From NCBI RefSeq assembly GCF_009914755.1, contig NC_060947.1: DNA of 64,000 nt; one strand, given 5' to 3'. The stretch is from the human T2T-CHM13v2.0 reference genome, Homo sapiens. The translations under genes were made by a program, and so were the position numbers. The notes under the pieces are model-generated. The model was not told the DNA's origin and did no database searches. It worked only from the letters and a program-made list of their open reading frames with translations. Of the stretch, positions 42,561-56,315 are shown one piece after another; within the stretch, counting starts at the first letter, position 1; each line of letters starts with the position of its first letter.

Positions 42561-44045
42561 ATTGAAAGTGGGAACTTCATCTGAATTTTCCCAAAAAAGC
42601 TGTCAATTGTCTACCTTAATTTGCCAGTACACACCCAGCCATGGTGTTTCCTTATGCTCCAGTTTCTCTGCCTGTAAAATGGGAACCAGCATAAGCCATT
42701 GTAGCTTCTCAGATTTATAATGAGGAAGACCAAACTTGGATACAATGGAGGGAGTATGGAATCGAGAGACAGTCAGACCAGGTTTGACTTCTAACTCTTA
42801 GCTATGAGACGCTTCTCTTTTTAAACTCAGTTTCTTCACCAGAAAGGGGAAGGATTCGTCCTTCTACTCAGACCCTCCTTAAACATTGATGGGTCATCAC
42901 TTTGTGCAGTCCGGAAGTTAGATTCCATTATTTAGATATTCTCCTTGTCTTTACTGCTGCTGGTTTAGACACAAAGCCCAGAGAATGGGTGGCTATATCA
43001 TGTCCAGGAAATAGATAGATTTGTTACTTCCCAGAGAAAGGTTACCTACACTACTGCCCAAAACAGAGATGTCATGGCATTACCTAATCAGTATACATGT
43101 ACTGCCAAGTCCCTGCTCATGTCTCCTCAACTGTTCAACCCCAGAGGACAATGTTATGCCAGTCCTATCTTATGGTCCCTACCTAAACCATATCTCTTTC
43201 CAAGATAAACTGTTCTTAAAACCTAGGCTGCCAGGCTTTTCACCAAGTGACCTCACTCCAACTGAATCTGACCTACGGGCAACCAATATTTAAGCAGACC
43301 TGGAGCCTATAAATTGTATTGTCACAAAAAGATAAGCTTCACCAATCAGATTATCTCTGACTCTCATATTTGAACTAGAGCATATTTTTTAAAATACCAA
43401 GTACTAGTAGGTGCTTCAACTGAAAGTCATCAGATTGAGTTGGAGCAGAAAAGTTTCTTGTACTGTGTTCACGCTGAAGTTATTGGAGATCCAGTTGATA
43501 AGGGAATTGAAAGAAATAGAGGACAGCTGGATCACACTAATGAAAGCCATTTATGACTCCTAGTTGCTGAAGTCTCTGTAGCTTCTTAGGTTAACTTCTT
43601 CTACGTCAGGCCTCCTATATGCTTATAATAAACTCCCCTTTCTTTGAAGTCCTCTGCCCCTGACTAAAACAATCACAAAGCGGCTATTAAGCTGCTACTT
43701 CTGCATAAATCTCCCTACTCTCACCTTACATCTTTGAGCATCATGCAGAATGAGTTGAACAGATGGGGTCCATGTCATCTAGGTTTACAACAAACCAGGC
43801 CAAAGTAAGGAAAGGACAGGCCAACAAAGGAGAGAACATTTTTGAATGCCTGCTACATTACCTACATCATCACCTTTAATCCCCACAGTAACCTCTTGGT
43901 ACATAATTCTATTTTGTTGATGCAAAATTGAAGACTCTGCGAAGGGATGTGATTTGCTCCAGGTGAAGACTTGAACTTTGTCTGCCTGGAGCCAGAGGCT
44001 GGCATCTTTCTCCTATATCTCACCACTTTAATCAGTCTACTGGAT

Positions 44046-44230
44046 CAGTGATTTCCAAATTGATTAAGTATTATCTTCTAGGGACTATTAGTTGGAAATA
44101 CAGATGTCCTGCCTAACTCATACTTCCTCCCTCTTCAATTCTGAACCTCAGATCCAAGGTAGAGCCTAAGCATCTGGATTTTTAAAACATTTTCCTGGTG
44201 ATTCTTCTTTGCCCATCTGAAGACCAGTGT
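44046..44230. mobile_element. MER5-like DNA transposon fossil
   Basis: CAGTGATTTCCAAA..AAATACAGAT..GCATCTGGATTTTTAAAA..GGTGATTCT. Confidence 0.5.
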
Positions 44231-47177
44231 GTTTAGAAACAAGTATTTTGAGTCATATTTAATTTCAAAGCAAGCCCACAATTACTCATTAACCATTCTA
44301 TGATTTTCTTTCAAACATTTATCTGAATAAAGGCAGTGATACCTTCTACTGGAGTTACTTGACTCAAAGGATTAAAAATGTTCAGATCCAGTCACAAGGA
44401 ACTGTTGCATAACACCATCACTTCCAAATTACTTTCATAGTTCCATCCAAATAGTTGAACCAGATCTGATTTTCTCCCACTTTACAGATGAGAAAACCAA
44501 GATCAGAGAAGTTAAGTATCTTAACTAGGGCCAGCCAAAATTAATAATGTGAGTCTTGGAAGCCCAGTGCTTTTCTTAATTGCTTTGAGGCTTGTTTCCG
44601 CATGTGTCACTACAGATCTTCCCTCACAGTCTGGTTTCTTTTCAGCCTGGCCTCATTTCTTCCAAGTTCAGGAACTGAGAACCCTACATACTATGCATAG
44701 CTGCATTAATATATACTTGGCCTGAGGCCTGTGTTCCAAAAAAACAATGCATGGGAGAGGGTGTTGTGCCAACATGCCCTGGCACACCTGGCTTAGGTTA
44801 CTGGGGGGAGGAGACAGAGCCTATGGATTCTGGCCCTTCTATAGGAGCACATCAATAGCACATTCTGGGCCAAAGTGAACCTACAATTTGCAGTCAACAT
44901 GGTTCTTGAATGCAACATAGGATGCAACATAGGCCCTCTTATTCCTGTCCATGTAGTGTTTCCAACCTAGAAACCTATATTCTATAACCCTATAAGGAGT
45001 GGTGGGGGGTGGTAGTCCTTTTGTAAAATTGACCAACACTTGGAAATCATGTGGTATGATGAGAAAAACCCTAGCCTGGTGGTCAGCAGACCAAGCTGCC
45101 AATGTCTTCCACTCTCTGGGTTCCAGTGTACCCTACTTATAAAAAGAAGGAGTTGGGCTCTGATATTTCTAAATTCCCTTTCAGCTTTGACACTTGATCA
45201 TTCTATGCAATCAATTCTTTATGAAATACTTTGTATGCCTGTGAGACTTGGCTAGAGAGTGAAACAGACTCCAAGGATGAGTTGTTAAGCTTTTGGGAAA
45301 TCTGGGGAAGGTAAGATATTTAGGCAGAACCTCAAGACTTTGGTTTTGAGGGTATTTTCCTTCTGTTAAATACTTAATAAAGAGTAAAGTAAGACTTTTT
45401 CTCACTAGTGGGAAATTTATACTCTACAAATGTTCTAATTAACTCTTTGAATTATTCTGAGTTGGAGCTCATTATGGCCCGTCCACATCTTCTTCCACTT
45501 TTATCCATAAGTCCATTCTTCATTGATATAACTGGGAAGAATTTAGCACATGAAAAGTTGAGGTGGGAAATGGGAAGGTACTCTGAGAAAAGATTAGTCT
45601 TTTTTTCTTGGCAGAAGCAGTACTTAGAAATATTTATTTAAGCGTTTATTTACTCAATAAACATTTCATGAGCACGTATTATATGCAAGGTACTATTCCA
45701 GACACTGGAAATATAGGAATGAATGACGCACACAATGATTCAGAGCAATCATATGAGCTTCCTATTCTCCTGTGCTGGATTAGAGAATTCATGCCTGGCC
45801 AAAATGTTGGTGTTGGCTAGGACTCTGATCTTCAAGAGGGGGACAGAGAAGTGGTGAGGAGAGATTCTTTAGTTACTTATTGAATGCCACCAATTGGCTG
45901 TAGGAGCCTAGAGCCCAAAGTAACTAGCTGAAACACATCAGCTGTATACTACAAAAAATATATCCCATGAAGTTTCATGTTCCCACAGCAATATACCACT
46001 GTGAATTGCACTAGTTCCATGTGAAGGATCTAAAGTACAACCCAGCACTGTGACAATTTCTGCCTTCTTGATCTTAAATACTTTAGTCTAAAAATCCCAA
46101 AGGATATGTCTCCAGCTCTTAAGTTATCCATTCTTCTCTCTTGACAGGGTTTCCCTACTACCTACCTCCACTCCATTTCCCTGATTAAAAAGGAACAATC
46201 TTTCTACAGTATAAAAGCCCAAGCATCTCCTAGGTTTCAACTGAGAAGAGCTCAAGCTGAGTAACGAAAATGAAAGAGCCAATTCCTCAAGAAAATAGTG
46301 TTTGGGATGCTGGAACCACTGTCTTTTCTCACATAAGGACCACCCCGCCCCCACCCCCCAAGAAAAGAATTATTTTGTGATCACTACTGAGGGCAAGTCA
46401 TGATGAATTTTTATGAGGATGGGACTGAAGGCTTTTAGAGACCTTGATATTTAAGTTTTTTCCTACTTACTCTTTCAACATGAACCATGTGCTTTCTGTT
46501 CTGGTACAAATAATAGGGTCAGGGATTCAAGACTTCTCCAGGTATTATCAATCTAGTGCAGGCTGATACTGGGGATTGAAGTAAGAATCATGATTCATCA
46601 GAACTTATCTCACATCATTTAACAAAAATTAATAGTACAGATAACCTTCTGAGGAACTTTGGCCAAGTTGACCTGTCCAAAAGTGGCATGCCCATCTGTC
46701 AAGAAAATTTGGAGGATTTAAAAACAAATAATTATTCCTAATTGGCTTCAGTGGAGTGATCACTCTTACCCTTTACTTACCACTAGAAAGACGATATCAG
46801 AAAGATTGTCTTTCATTGATTCCTCCAAACCTAGAGTGGGCTTATAAACAAGATCCCAGTCTGAGCAGAAGGATGACCAAGGTATGAGAAAAACTTTAAT
46901 GCTATGGTTAAAAACCAACTGAACTCTGTTCTTGTATATTTATTATACAACAGTAATTCATGTGAAGCCACCAAATGTGTTCTGCAAGGTTGACTTTGTC
47001 CCACATGTCTATGCCAACACACTGGGAGTTGTTTGAATTCTGTGCCAGGCTTCAGGCAAAAGCTAGCACTCAGCTCTTTCCTTCCTGCTCTTGGAACTTC
47101 AGAGGTATGTTCATGGTCAGAAGCAAAGTGGACTGCCAAATCAGGACTCTCTGGTCCACCCTGAGGCCTTCTCCTGG

Positions 47178-47652
47178 CGATGCATGGCAGGCGAGCCCTA
47201 AAGTGGAGCTTATCCCATGAGAGTTCTTGGCTTTGCCCAGGAAAGAATTTAAGGGCAAGCTAGAAGTAGAAGAAAACAGCTTTATTGAAGAGGTAGTGTT
47301 ACAGCTCCAGCAGTGTTAAAGCTCCTTGAATCTACCAGAGAAAGGCTACCCCTTAGGCAAAGAGTGGGGCTCAAGGCAGTTTTGCAGTCATATTTATACC
47401 TACTTTAATTACATGCAGATCAAGGGATGGTTTGTGCAGAAATTTCCACAGAAGGGGTAGTAACTTTTGGGTCATTGGGTCATAGTTATGGAAAGAGGCA
47501 GTAGCTCCTGGGTTTTGCCATGGCTATGGTAAATTGACATGGCATGCTGGTGGGCATGTTTCATTGAAATCTGCTTCCTCCCCTGCCCAAATCGTCAATC
47601 TGGCCCGGTGTCTAAGCCCTGCCTCTAAAGTTGAGCCCTGCCTCCTATCTCA
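47178..47652 (-). mobile_element. ERV1 solo LTR (LTR19/MER41-related), ~475 bp
   Basis: Minus strand starts TGAGATAGGAGGCAGGG, contains CCCACCAGCATGCCATGTCAATTTACC and AATAAAGCTG, and ends GGCTCGCCTGCCATGCATCG. 4-bp flanks are CTGG and CTAG. Confidence 0.75.
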
Positions 47653-48399
47653 CTAGGAAGCAGAAGCCTAGTATGTAGTAAGACTCAGATTGTACCAGAA
47701 GAAGCATCTCCCAGTGTACTGATTCTTTTTTGGCCTGACACACTAGAGACAGGCCTTAATTGACAAGCAAAGGGCAGGGGAATGGAGACATGACTTGTTC
47801 AGGCTTAAGTGTCTCTGTCTAATAGATGTGCTGGGACTTCCCTTGTCTTTAATCTGCCTAAGTACCAAAAGTGTGTGGAGGCACTCGCCCAACCTCAATA
47901 CCTTTTCAAGCCTGGACTCTTGAACTTGGAGTACCAATGCAATAAACTTGTTGAGAGTAATATAAAGCCAGATAGAATACGTGGGTGCTGATGGTACAGC
48001 TGGGGAAGCAGAAGAGAGAGGGGAGATAGAACTTTCATTGTGCCACACCAAAGATCCCAAACACCCATCCATAGCCTCCTTCAAGGGTGGGGTAATCTAT
48101 TGTAGTTGCTCTAATTTTTGGCCTATTGCATATCTCACAGTGCTGTTTTTAACCCAGTCCTCTCTCTTCTTCACAAAATATACTAAAAGGAAGTAATTTT
48201 TTTTTGCTTGGGTCCAATCTAGATAGGTGGGTTCAAACCTTCTTCACTCCCAAGTCCAGACTAGGTTCCTGATTTTTCTCTCTACCAAACTCTGCTCTCC
48301 TACACACACACACACACATTGCCTGGCCAATTTGACAGGCTAAAGGTTAAATTTGAGTCTTCATTTAATCCTGGAGGATTTAATCAAGGCCCGGTGAGG

Positions 48400-48610
48400 G
48401 AAAGAGCACTGAAATAGAATCAAAAGATGTGAGTTTGAGAGTCCCCTCATGCTGTGTGGCCTTGGGTGAATTGCTTTATGTCTCTGAGCTTCAGTTTTTG
48501 ACTTGTAAAATAAGGGCACCTGTCCCTGACCATCCTATGGCCCAATTTTTCAAATCCACATGAGATGACAGAGATAAAGGGATTTTGCAAACAGTGAAAA
48601 ACTTTGGAAA
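48400..48610 (+). mobile_element. MIR SINE
   Basis: GAAAGAGCACTG..GCTGTGTGGCCTTGGGTGAATTGC..TCTCTGAGCTTCAGTTT..TGTAAAATAAGG. Confidence 0.65.
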
Positions 48611-48899
48611 TAGCAGTTATTATAAATTGAGTGGATTAGAGATTTCATGGGTATTTTCAGAGCTAGACAATCACAATAATCATCTAATTGAATATTGAGG
48701 TATGTCTTCCCCACCATCAATCAGCCAGGGAATGAGTCACCAGGGAGAAATTGTGGATGTGTGCCCTAGGGTATTCTCAGAATAAATACCTTAGTATTGT
48801 ACCAAACTTTAAAAAGCATGTATTTGAGAGTCATCTCCATGCCCAGGCCACTATATAACCTTGAGCATAATATCAATTTAAAAAAAAACTAATAGGAGC

Positions 48900-49110
48900 C
48901 ACAATTTACCAAGTACTTCTTATAGGACAACCATGAGCTAAGTGCTTTGTTATGTGCATTCTGTAATTTAAGCCTCAGAATAGCCTATAAGAGAGAAGCT
49001 ATTTTTATTCTCTTTTTTTATACATGAGAAAACCAAGGCACAGAGAGGTCACACAGAAGACAGAAGAGCTGGAATATAAACTTTGGACATTTCAATAGAA
49101 AGCTCATTGT
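48900..49110 (-). mobile_element. MIR SINE
   Basis: GCTAAGTGCTTT..ATTTAAGCCTCA..ATGAGAAAACCAAGGCACAGAGAGGTCAC. Confidence 0.6.
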
Positions 49111-50260
49111 CTTAAGTGTATGTGATACCACCTTGTCCCGCTCTGAACCAAGGAAAGCCTGAAAGTGTTTCCAAGGGCCCATGTCTCTCTTTGGTTCTTA
49201 CCTTTTGGCAAAGGGTCTCTGCCTTTCTAAGGTGCTTAGCCTGATTTTCAAGTTTATGTTTATTTGGTCTGGAAAATACAGTTCTTCTCCTCATGGCCTC
49301 TCTTAGACTTTTACCTTTTGGCCAAGGGTGTTCTCTGATCAAAGAGTGGGCATCTACAACCTAGTCAGCCTTCTAAAAATGGCTATTTTCCCTACTTTCC
49401 ACACACCTACACCACCTTGGCTTGGTCACTAGAGTACCCACTCTTACCTAGGCACCTTTGCTCCCACCATTCTTTGCAGTTATTTACCCCAAATCTCTAA
49501 ACACTAATTCTTCTTTCAAGATATAACTCAAACACAACCTCCTGCAGGAAGCCCTGAAGCTCTCCTTGACCACCCTTTCCCTAGTCTTATCATAATTTGG
49601 CTCTTAATTATACATTTCATGATGTGAGTTTCCTAAAGTATTGTATCTTGTTCATCTCTACTTCCCCACCACAGTGACTAGTACTATGCCACAATGACTA
49701 GCACAAAGCTAAAGAAGTCACAGATGACCAGCTCAGTCAATAAGTATTGATAAAAAGACTCAGGAGAGCCTTCCTAAGGCCATTGTGTCCTCAGCTTATG
49801 TCTTGACAGTGACAGGCAGCATATTCCCTACCTTGCAGCTAAGGAGCTCCTCAAGACTCCATTCTTGTTTTACTTTGTCCTATGAGATAAGAAACAGATA
49901 CCCCATGACTTCCCCTATTTAGAGTATTTGCATGGCTTGGGCTCAAGTAGAAAAACTCATTTCTATATAAATTGGCCTCCCTTCTTGTAGGTGAAATAGA
50001 TGTGGTCTGAGCTGGGAGCAAAGTTTATGCCTAGAGCAGCTCCAAGGCACTTGGGGCTAATTTGGAAGCTTCATTCTAACTGACTGGGCTTCCTGTGCCT
50101 CTAGCCTCTGAATTCAGAGTGGTGAAGTCAGCTACACAGTTTTTCTGCGGCAGATGTAGTACAAGTTACAAAACACTTGGGACCTACACATGTATTTGAT
50201 TTTGCTAGGGCAAGGAAAGTGGGATGATTACAGAGGTTATGTGAATGGAGAAAACACTGA

Positions 50261-50677
<417 letters not shown>

Positions 50678-51084
50678 ATAATTGGCATCTTTAAACAACT
50701 TGTTAATTAGTTAATATGTGCCAAACACTTCATTATGCACTTTGAAGAGGGTGAAGCTAAAGAAGTCACAGCTTCAATTCTCAAGTTGTCTTGTGAGAAT
50801 CCTCTTTTGAGTTTCTCCTCTTAGATGGTGTGGTTGAACCTGCCCCTTCCCTCCATCCATTCTGTCTGCCTACCAAAAGCTGTGTTTGCAACAACCTTCC
50901 AAAATAGTAAAGTTCAAAGTCTAATTCAGCTTTTGGTCCAGGTCAGTTATCTGAACCTAACGGAAATCTCCTGTAGCTTTGGCATCTTATTTTCTCTCTC
51001 TAACACTGAATGAGTTTGAACTTGTGTAGGAAATCTGGATGTGTTTTTACTTTCTATGATATCTCTTTTCAGTGCTTCAGTCAG

Positions 51085-51325
51085 GGACATTATGGTAGAG
51101 TGGAAGAAGCATGAGGCTCTGGAATCAGAAAGATAAAAGTCAGATTCCTGGTTCTGCCACTTATAAACTGTGTGACATTAGGTGGGTCACTTAACCACCC
51201 TAAATTTCAGTCTTCTTCTCTGTAGTGAGGATGTGGCATCTACCACACAGAGGTAATTCAAGGAGCTCATGCTTGTAAAGCACCTACTGTAGATGCTAGA
51301 ACCTAACAAGGGCATTATAAATAAT
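51085..51325 (+). mobile_element. MIR SINE (near full length)
   Basis: AGCATGAGGCTCTGGAATCAGA..TTCTGCCACTTATAAACTGTGTGAC..TGTAAAGCACCT. Confidence 0.7.
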
Positions 51326-52099
51326 TCCTTAACCCCCTTTTCTCCTTCCCCTAATCTTTTTTTTCTGTCACATTTTGAAGGGGGGGAGGTAAATTAAATT
51401 TGTGTGTATTGAGGTTCAAATGGAAAGCACTTTGTAAACTGTAAGGTGCTACAGAAAAGTGTACTAGATGGCCATGATTTTTTGACATTAAATTTATTTG
51501 TTTTTCCTCCTACCTCTTGGACTACTCCTTTTCTGGCTCTTCTAGCTTTATTGCTTTTCACTTCCTTCTGCTAGCCCCTTGATGGTGCCTGTTTCCCAAG
51601 TTTCTGATTTTTTTCTCTCTTAGTGAACTGATTTTGTATACTAGCTTCAACTGTCACCCCAGCACCTATAAATCAGGGGTGAGGCCTACCTCACTAGGGT
51701 GCTGAAAGGAGCCAAAGATCCTGAATACCAAGCCCTCAGAAAATGGTAAAGCACTGTAAGTATCTTAATTGTCAGCATTATCACAACTACAAATGGCAAA
51801 GCTGGGTGGAGTTGCCCAAAAAACATGATGTGGAAAGGAGCGTCCAGATTTGGAGTCAGAAATCCTGAGCTCAAGCCCCTCATTAACTCCGATGTGAGTT
51901 ATAACCATAATAACTCATATTTATATAGTGCATTACAGCTGAAAAGTGCTTTCACATATATTCTCTCATTGATCCTCTTAATTGGTTTCTCTGTTCCAGT
52001 CTCTCAATGCTCCAATCCTGCCAGCTAGAGTAAACTTCCAAAAACACAGGCCTGATCATGTTGCAGCCATATTCTAAACCCTTCAAGGGCTCCATACTA

Positions 52100-52420
52100 C
52101 TGGTCAAATAAATTATGGTATATTCATAACAATATAATGTCATGCAGCCATGAAAAAGAAGGAAGCAGCTTTATATGTACTTATTTGGAACAATCTTTAA
52201 GATACGTTAAGTGAAATAATAATAATAAGATGCATAATGAAGAATAGAATATGCAACTGTTCATATTTTAAGCAAGGGGGCAACATACATATATTACTGT
52301 GTAAATATGGGGAAGGAAACCGAAAAACTTGGGGGTCAAAGATAGGCCATATTTTTCTTCAATGTTTATATTTATTACAATATACATGTCACCTTGCCAA
52401 AAAACAAGATTAAAACTGCC
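52100..52420 (+). mobile_element. L1ME-type 3' fragment
   Basis: AAATAAATTATGGTATATTCATA..TGCAGCCATGAAAAAGAAGGAAGCAGCTTTATATGTAC..TTAAGTGAAA. Confidence 0.55.
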
Positions 52421-54389
52421 AATGAATTCCACCATCCTTATGATTAACTTCCTTATTATTTTTTATCTCTTCTGAAAACTTCTAAAATCTGACATTAAAG
52501 GACTTATTATGGCTGATTTTCAACTATTTCCTTTTGTGTATTCTATATTTTGTGCAAATTAGACTAGTCAATATTCCCCATATGCCTAACAATTTGTAGC
52601 CTCCATGCCTCTGTTCATGCATGGAAGGCCTCCAGGTATCTAAAAACAGAGAGTACGTGTCCTTGAGTATTTTCTTAAAATTATTCTATCTCTAGCATCC
52701 ATTCCTTATTCCTAGGACATGGGTCCAGCACCCTTCTCAAATTGCTATCTCCCACCAAACCTGTCCCAGTTAGTTCTTTATCCTTCTTAAAATCTAGAAT
52801 CATAGTTCTACATTATACTTCTATTAATGAAGTTAATATCACTCTAGATTTTTGTTTTTTGGATCTGCATCACTTTTGACACAAACTAACATATAATTAA
52901 ACAAACCAGTCCCCCATAAGTCTTTTTCATATGTGCTGCTTTTAATTCATATCTCTCGTATTTTGTGTGGATGATTTGAGGGGCTCATGTAAGATCCAAA
53001 TAAATTTTATTTTTTTTTTAGAATTGGTTAATGCCTTCAATTTGCTGAGATCTTTGAGGAACATCCTGGTTTTATAATCTAAAGTGATCAATGGACCTTC
53101 CAAATTGTGGTGTCCACATAATCCACTGCCCATTATTATGTACCCTTAAGTCTAAGAAAAAAACATGTTTCAAATTAGTAGAGTTCAAATTAATAAGACT
53201 TTATTGTATTGTGCCTGAGGGTTACCTTTTGTGAATCTCTCTAGGAAGGTCAAGTGAAAATTTAAAGGAAAGTTTAGTAAAAGTCATCATACCGTGTTAC
53301 AATTTCATATTGAAGACATGAAAGTGGAGAGTATAAGTGAATTATCAAAAAGGCAGAAACTAAGTTTCAGCAGAACAGGAAATATAAGGTTATACTCAAA
53401 TGTATAGCAAATGTGTAAGCCCTAATTGTCTAGCATGTGGCAAATGTTCAATGATGCTTGGAAGGATGGGTAGATGAATGCTTTCAGAGCCTGCAACAGA
53501 AGAATACTTCCAAACAACATTGATTAATTTTCTAATGGCACTTGCTGCGCTGCTGGACCTTGTGCAAAACAACAAGTACAACAACACAACTCTATAAATA
53601 TGATCCAACTTCTGAAACACATACTGACAAAGCAAACACCAAGATTCCAGAGAACGACATCAACCAATATGTGAATGAACAGCAAAGAGTTCCCATCATC
53701 TACAAGTCAAAGAAGAAGTTTGTGGCTTTCCTGCTTGTTATTAATATCTAGAGAAAATGGCTTGAATTTCTGTTCTATGGATAGTCTAATGACCTTCTCA
53801 AGATTTCAGTTACTTGCTAAGGAATTTACATTTCTATTGTCACCTTTGGCCTCGTTTGTGCATCTGCTGATTTCCATTTTCCTTCTCTACATCTTGCAGC
53901 ATTCTTTTGTATTTTTAAGTCACTTGGCTTTTTTCTTGATACCCACAAAACAAACTATTACACAAAATTTTTAATACGTGTGACACTTTGCTGAATATTT
54001 GGGGAAATGATGAAGGTTTACATCATAGAAAATCAGACAATTTTAACAGAACATTTACTCATTTTTCTTCTTAAAAAGCTTCTAGATTATTTCAACTAAC
54101 TCAGGTCTAGCTCCATCCAATTTGATTCCCTTCTTCCTTTTCACTGCCCCTTACTCTGACCAGCAATTCAACTCAAAACAGTTCCTCCACTTGTTTTGTT
54201 GAGCAATCCTGCTCTTTCCAACCTCTGTTTAGATGCACATTGTATGTACAAAGAGCTAAAGTAATCTGCATGACAGTGGGTCACCCACACAGGGTCTGCC
54301 CTTTCTTCCTCTCCTCTGGAAGGATATTTACTTTTCAACCAATGTGACTTACATTAACCAATCCTCAAACCCAATCACACCCCTCTCCA

Positions 54390-56050
54390 TATTAGTTACC
54401 CATTGCTGCATAACAAATTACTCTGAAATATAGCAGTTTAAAGCAACAAACATTGATTATGTCACACAGTTTCTGTGGATCAGCAACCCAGTAGTGTCTT
54501 AGTTTTTGTTCAGGATCAGTCAAGATGTCAGTGGGTACAAGCATCTGGATCCAAAGCATCTTCAAAGTTCACTCATGTGATTGTTGGAAGGTTTCAGTTT
54601 CATACACGTTTTTGGTGGGAGACCTCAGTTCCTCACCACATGGGTCTCTCTACAGGCTGCCTAAATATCCTTCTGACAGGGTAGCTGGCTTTCCCCAGAG
54701 GAAGTGATCTGGGAGAGCAAGCCATTGAGCTTAGTGTCTTTCATAAACTAATCTTGAAAGTGACATATCATCATTTGTACCCAGGACTAGCTCCATAATT
54801 ACATAATTCTATAGAATAAAAATGTGGGGTCATCTCTATTTCAAAAAGTAAGGAAACTGAGTTAGTAAAGGTACTAAAATATAAATCATTTTTCTTTCTT
54901 CCGTTCTCTCTCTCTCAGCTTGTCATGGTATTTTTTGTTTAATATTTAATGTTCTAAGGACAGAAAAGCTAAAACTAACCTTTTAGCCTGATTTTCACCA
55001 TTCATCTTTATATTGTGCAATACTAGTTTAAAATTCAAATATCAGAGTATTTATTTCATATGAATAATCACAAAATTTGCACAATTTGTATTTTGAGGGT
55101 GCCTTCAGATGGCCAGAAGTGGTAAAGAAAAACCATATTTGAGAAGGCTGGAAAGAGGGCTCCCCAGACACAAAGCAGCCTTGAGGGGAGTGTTCCCTTG
55201 GACACAGAAACAACATGTGGGACAAGTAAAATGTACAAACCCTCAATGCAGGAGCACACACAATTGCTCAGGTCTTTTGGATGCACTTTTCTCCTCTAAT
55301 TTACCCTATTACCACTAGCCACAGGAGAATCAACATGCTGCAGACACTGGGGAATTAAGCCATGTGCCTTCCCCTTCCCATAGGTATACCACTTCAATCA
55401 AAGTAGATGGGTAAACACAAAGAGTATTGCATCACCCCGACAAGGACACACCAGGTAACTGCATCAATCATGGGCATGGAGGCTTGCCCCAGCTGAGTCA
55501 TAGCCTCTGGACAGCTTCCCACCAGAGTTTTTATGGTGCTGACAGCCCAGGGTCACCTGGACACCACCATGCCCAACTCTAAAATGTCATGGACCACACA
55601 CACCCAATCCCAATATTCCTCACACCTGCTACCAGGCCACCACTATAGGCAGAAAGTGGCAGCAGCAGCTAGTAGGGGGAATGGAAGGGGAGTCCAAGTG
55701 GGGCCCTGGGTGCCAGAAGATGGCAGGAGAGTAAGAGGCTGACAACCTATTTTATAGTCAGAAAAACAGCAGGAGATGGGACTTCATCCTTGGCCAATGC
55801 TTCATTTTCCTATTGGACTTTACTTACAAAACATGAATTCAAAGTTAAATTATTAAGAAATTTTGGACAGTGACTCCAGAGTATTAAAGCCCCAAGTTTA
55901 AGGTCCTTTTGAGACCTGGCTCTGTGTGGTTGCATCACCCACAGATAGTGAAGCCAAAACTGTTTCTATCTTATGCAATTAGTCATATAGACCAGCTCTA
56001 CTACAATGTGGGAGGGTTTTAATACTAAGAAATGGGAATATTGAGGACTG
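54390..56050 (-). mobile_element. MLT1F-like MaLR LTR split by a MER45 insertion (54390-54781 and 55963-56050)
   Basis: TATTAGTTACCCATTGCTGCATAACAAATTAC start and CCTCAGTTCCTCACCACATGGGTCTCTC. Resumes TAGTCATATAGACCAGC..TACAATGTGGGAGGG. Confidence 0.75.
54782..55962. mobile_element. MER45-family (hAT-Tip100) DNA transposon, ~1.18 kb
   Basis: Termini CAGGACTAGCTCCATAATT and GTGAAGCCAAAACTG resemble MER45 TIRs. 8-bp TSD-like flanks TTTGTACC (54774-54781) and TTTCTATC (55963-55970). Confidence 0.65.
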
Positions 56051-56119
56051 TGAAGTTTTCTTAACTCTCTTCTCCCCATTCTAGATAAGGTTTGCTGCCA
56101 CACGTATGTGCTCTTCAGC

Positions 56120-56315
56120 ACCCTGTGGAGCTTACATTTATGATAACACTTAGTCTAATGTACTTAAATTATCTATTTATGTGTCTATCTTCCATGAACA
56201 AAATGTGAACTCTTTGCAAGCAGAAACTTTAGATTATTCATATCTGTGTTCCCAATACCAGTACCATGCCTGGTGCAATGTTTAGGCTCAATTAATGTTG
56301 TTGAGTGAATGAATA
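56120..56315 (+). mobile_element. L2 3' end
   Basis: AATGTGAACTCTTTG..ATCTGTGTTCCCA..ATGCCTGGT..GCTCAATTAATGTTGTTGAGTGAATGAAT. Confidence 0.65.

Noticed and set aside
48301-48318. Short (CA)n run
   Set aside because: An ordinary short microsatellite with no further structure.
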